NCBI GenBank assembly: GCA_040954595.2
Contig: CM082578.2
Coordinates: forward strand, 8,355,519 to 8,419,518
Length of the DNA: 64,000 bases
Source of the DNA: Balanoglossus misakiensis
Taxonomy: Eukaryota; Animalia; Hemichordata
Direction: 5' to 3'
A program made the position numbers and the translations under genes. The notes under the pieces were generated by a model. The model saw nothing but the letters and a program-made list of their open reading frames with translations. It did not search any database and was not told the origin of the DNA. Shown piece after piece: positions 61,296 through 64,000 of the stretch. Numbering within the stretch: position 1 is the stretch's first letter; every line of letters begins with the position of its first letter.

Positions 61296-61750
61296 ATGGT
61301 GAGTACATGTGCGATTTTATTTTCCGTAGTCAATAAATGCAATGCGTTTATTGTGGACCATGGAATATACCACAGATGTGTGGACATTGTCTGGAACTTT
61401 ACCCTCCACTGAGTTGCACATATTTATGACTGGCTATTGCTGTTGTACCCTTAGCCACAGTCACCCTACTCGTTCGTTCCCGTTGCATTAGCTCTGCGTG
61501 GCAGGGCTGTGTTGTTACGGCGAGACCTCCACCCAGGTGGAGGTCTCGCCGTAACAACACAGCCCTGCCACGCAGAGCTACCGTTGCATGTGCATGTGGC
61601 TGATGTTGTTTACAATATGAACTGTTGCAACGAATCAATGATGCAGATAGATAAAGCTCTTGACTTTGGTGAAAGGCACATAACTTCTTTGAAGCCTAAT
61701 CTTTTGGTGTCTTAGATTGTCTTGTTGATATTTTTGAAAAGTACAACAAA

Positions 61751-61808
<58 letters not shown>

Positions 61809-63786
61809 CCATGTGTAAACCTACTGGATCGTAAGCATTGGACTTTACATATTGATGATACATGTACTGCCAAAGCTAATAGCAAACTTTGTATCATTTA
61901 AGCTGCGAAGACAGGCTAGACTCAGGCGGGAATACCTGTACAGAAAATCACTTGAAGATCAAGAGAGACAGACTGCTGAAAGGAAACGAAAAATCAAAGA
62001 AGCACTTGATGGTAAGTGGTATGGAATTGTACAACTGTATCAGCCCATACATGGATAATTTCCGGCTATAGATGAAGAAATTCACTGTCCACCAATCATA
62101 GAAAAATTAGAAAATTGTGCCACAGGCCTGTAACCAATTTTCCGTTCCCATAATCTAACTAGGTGTACACCACTTTTCTTGTTTTTTAACTTCCAGCTGA
62201 TAAACCCCTTCCGACAAATTTGAGGAAAGAAGCACTGAGTCTACAGAAATCACTGGAATATGATGACGAAGGAGGAGAAGGCAGTAAGTGATCATTGATT
62301 TGGTAGTATGAAGCACTGTCTGTATGTTGAGAAAGTGGCAAGATGTAGCTGAAAGTATTACCAGTATGAATTCAACATCGCTTGTATTGAATAAATGCAT
62401 ACAGAGATACCAGTATCAAACTTGCATGGCACAGCTACCTTCAGTAAAAAATATTCCAAGTGGAGTAGGCCTTTCAACATTCTTATGAAGCTTCAGAAAA
62501 AAAGTACAGCACCGGTATTGAAACAAAGTGACTTATTTACTTTTGGTGTGTTTTGTGTTGCTGTTCTAGTCACATCACATATTGATGATGAGTACAGATG
62601 GGCTGGAGTGGAAGATCCAAAAATTATGTTGACAACGTCTCGAGACCCAAGTTCCAAACTCAAACAGTTTGCAAAGGTAGGGGAGACTTGTAACATTGGC
62701 ATGATTTCAGTTTTAGTAGAATCTCACAAATCTCACATAGGTTTTACATGTGTCATGCACATAAAACTTTGTTGAGTGGGTCCATATCCTGGTGGAACTA
62801 TAAAAAAGAATGAAAATTGGAAAAGCAAGTTTCATGTATATATGTGAGATAATCTAGCCTTCTGGGGCAATCTTTTTATCTCCCTTATCAGGAAATGAAA
62901 CTGATATTTCCCAATGCACAGAGAATGAACAGAGGTAACTATGAAATGACACAGATCATACAGGCATGTCGTGCCAATGATGTGACGGACGTAATGATAT
63001 TCCATGAACACAGGGGAGAACCAGGTAATGCCATAAAGTGCTACTTTTCATTGAATTGAATGCAAGTTATGAATATAGATTGATCTATTATGATGTTTGT
63101 CTGATGGGCCCAGTGTAATCAGAAACGTATTTTAATTTTAGTTTCATGAGCAAACATCAACACATGTACTACCCTGCTAGTAGTTCCTGCTGTTTTGGGG
63201 CGCATGCTGCACAGTCCACTGCGTACATCTTTTAACATGTTAGATAGGGCTTAACAAAGGGTTACTAAAAGTAGACCTGTCCCTGATTAACATAGGCAAT
63301 GAACACTTAGGTGCCATGCAGTTCAGTGATCAGGAAAGGCACCTATATGCCAGCAGTATTGAACTCTTCAGCTAAAAATAAATGGGTCTTTCTTCAATCA
63401 TGGGAAAACCATGATGGATACTGCCCTCTTGTGGCAATGACTTGAAATCTGATTTCCATTCCTTCTGCATGTTGTATACAACTAAGGATAATGTCTCACT
63501 TCAGTGAAATGAAAACCACTTTTGATAAATGGAAAATGTGACTTCTTCGTACTGTTATGGTATCTATCAAATGTTTAATAAACTAATTTGCAAACATTAA
63601 TCTAATAAATTATTTTTTTTCTCTATTTTAGATGGAATGATCGTGTGTCATTTACCGTATGGTCCCACAGCGTATTTTACATTGTCCGGTACTGTGATGA
63701 GGCATGATATTCCTGATGTAGGAACAATGTCAGAGGCCTATCCACATCTTATATTTCATAATTTCAAGTCAAAACTTGGAGAGAGG
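61296..63786 (+). CDS. IMP4: U3 snoRNP protein IMP4, first six coding exons (continues beyond the window)
   Basis: Exons 61296-61298 (ATG only), 61903-62011, 62197-62283, 62570-62676, 62892-63024, 63632-63786. They give [116 protein letters not shown]. Confidence 0.95.
61489..61580. mobile_element. 92-bp palindromic MITE with TAG..CTA termini and a 9-bp target-site duplication, in IMP4 intron 1
   Basis: Perfect 45-bp arms (61489-61533 and 61536-61580) with a 2-nt loop, flanked by CCGTTGCAT at 61480-61488 and 61581-61589. Confidence 0.88.
61752..61808. repeat. (TGAT)n microsatellite
   Basis: About 14 tandem units. Confidence 0.9.
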
Positions 63787-64000
63787 GTGAGTTGTTTTCT
63801 ATACGTGATGAATTAGAGGCATAGTGTCAGGTGAAGATTTTTGGATTATCTTAAATTGTCTTTTACGAGATATATCATTTTCATGTTTCTCAGTCTTTTG
63901 CATTACAAATGTAGTATTGCCAGCTTCCCTGTTCTGGTTAGTCACGGGCTGTGATTTCTGCTTTTTACCCTTTTTAACCGTTTAATATTGTACTATTCCA

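Overview
Eukaryotic, intron-rich animal DNA, probably a marine invertebrate (inferred from gene content and repeats; the species cannot be established from sequence alone). Gene order: 3' end of synapsin (+); a complete 10-exon SLC7 L-type amino-acid transporter light chain, gene A (+); a tail-to-tail paralogue, gene B (-); a secreted GH16 beta-1,3-glucanase (-); Rab43 (+); HDHD5/CECR5 (-, with a U12 intron); ISY1 (-); and the 5' part of IMP4 (+), head-to-head with ISY1. The main finding is gene B. It has one set of nine constant exons (21286-18025) preceded by four tandem, intact, diverged copies of coding exon 1. Each copy has its own ATG and a phase-1 GT donor in frame with the single exon 2. 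This is a variable-first-exon/constant-region architecture like UGT1A or the clustered protocadherins. The variable part encodes the N-terminal tail, substrate-binding TM1 and TM3, and the heavy-chain-linking cysteine. Several small palindromic non-autonomous transposons are also present. All exon boundaries were read by eye from splice signals and frame continuity.
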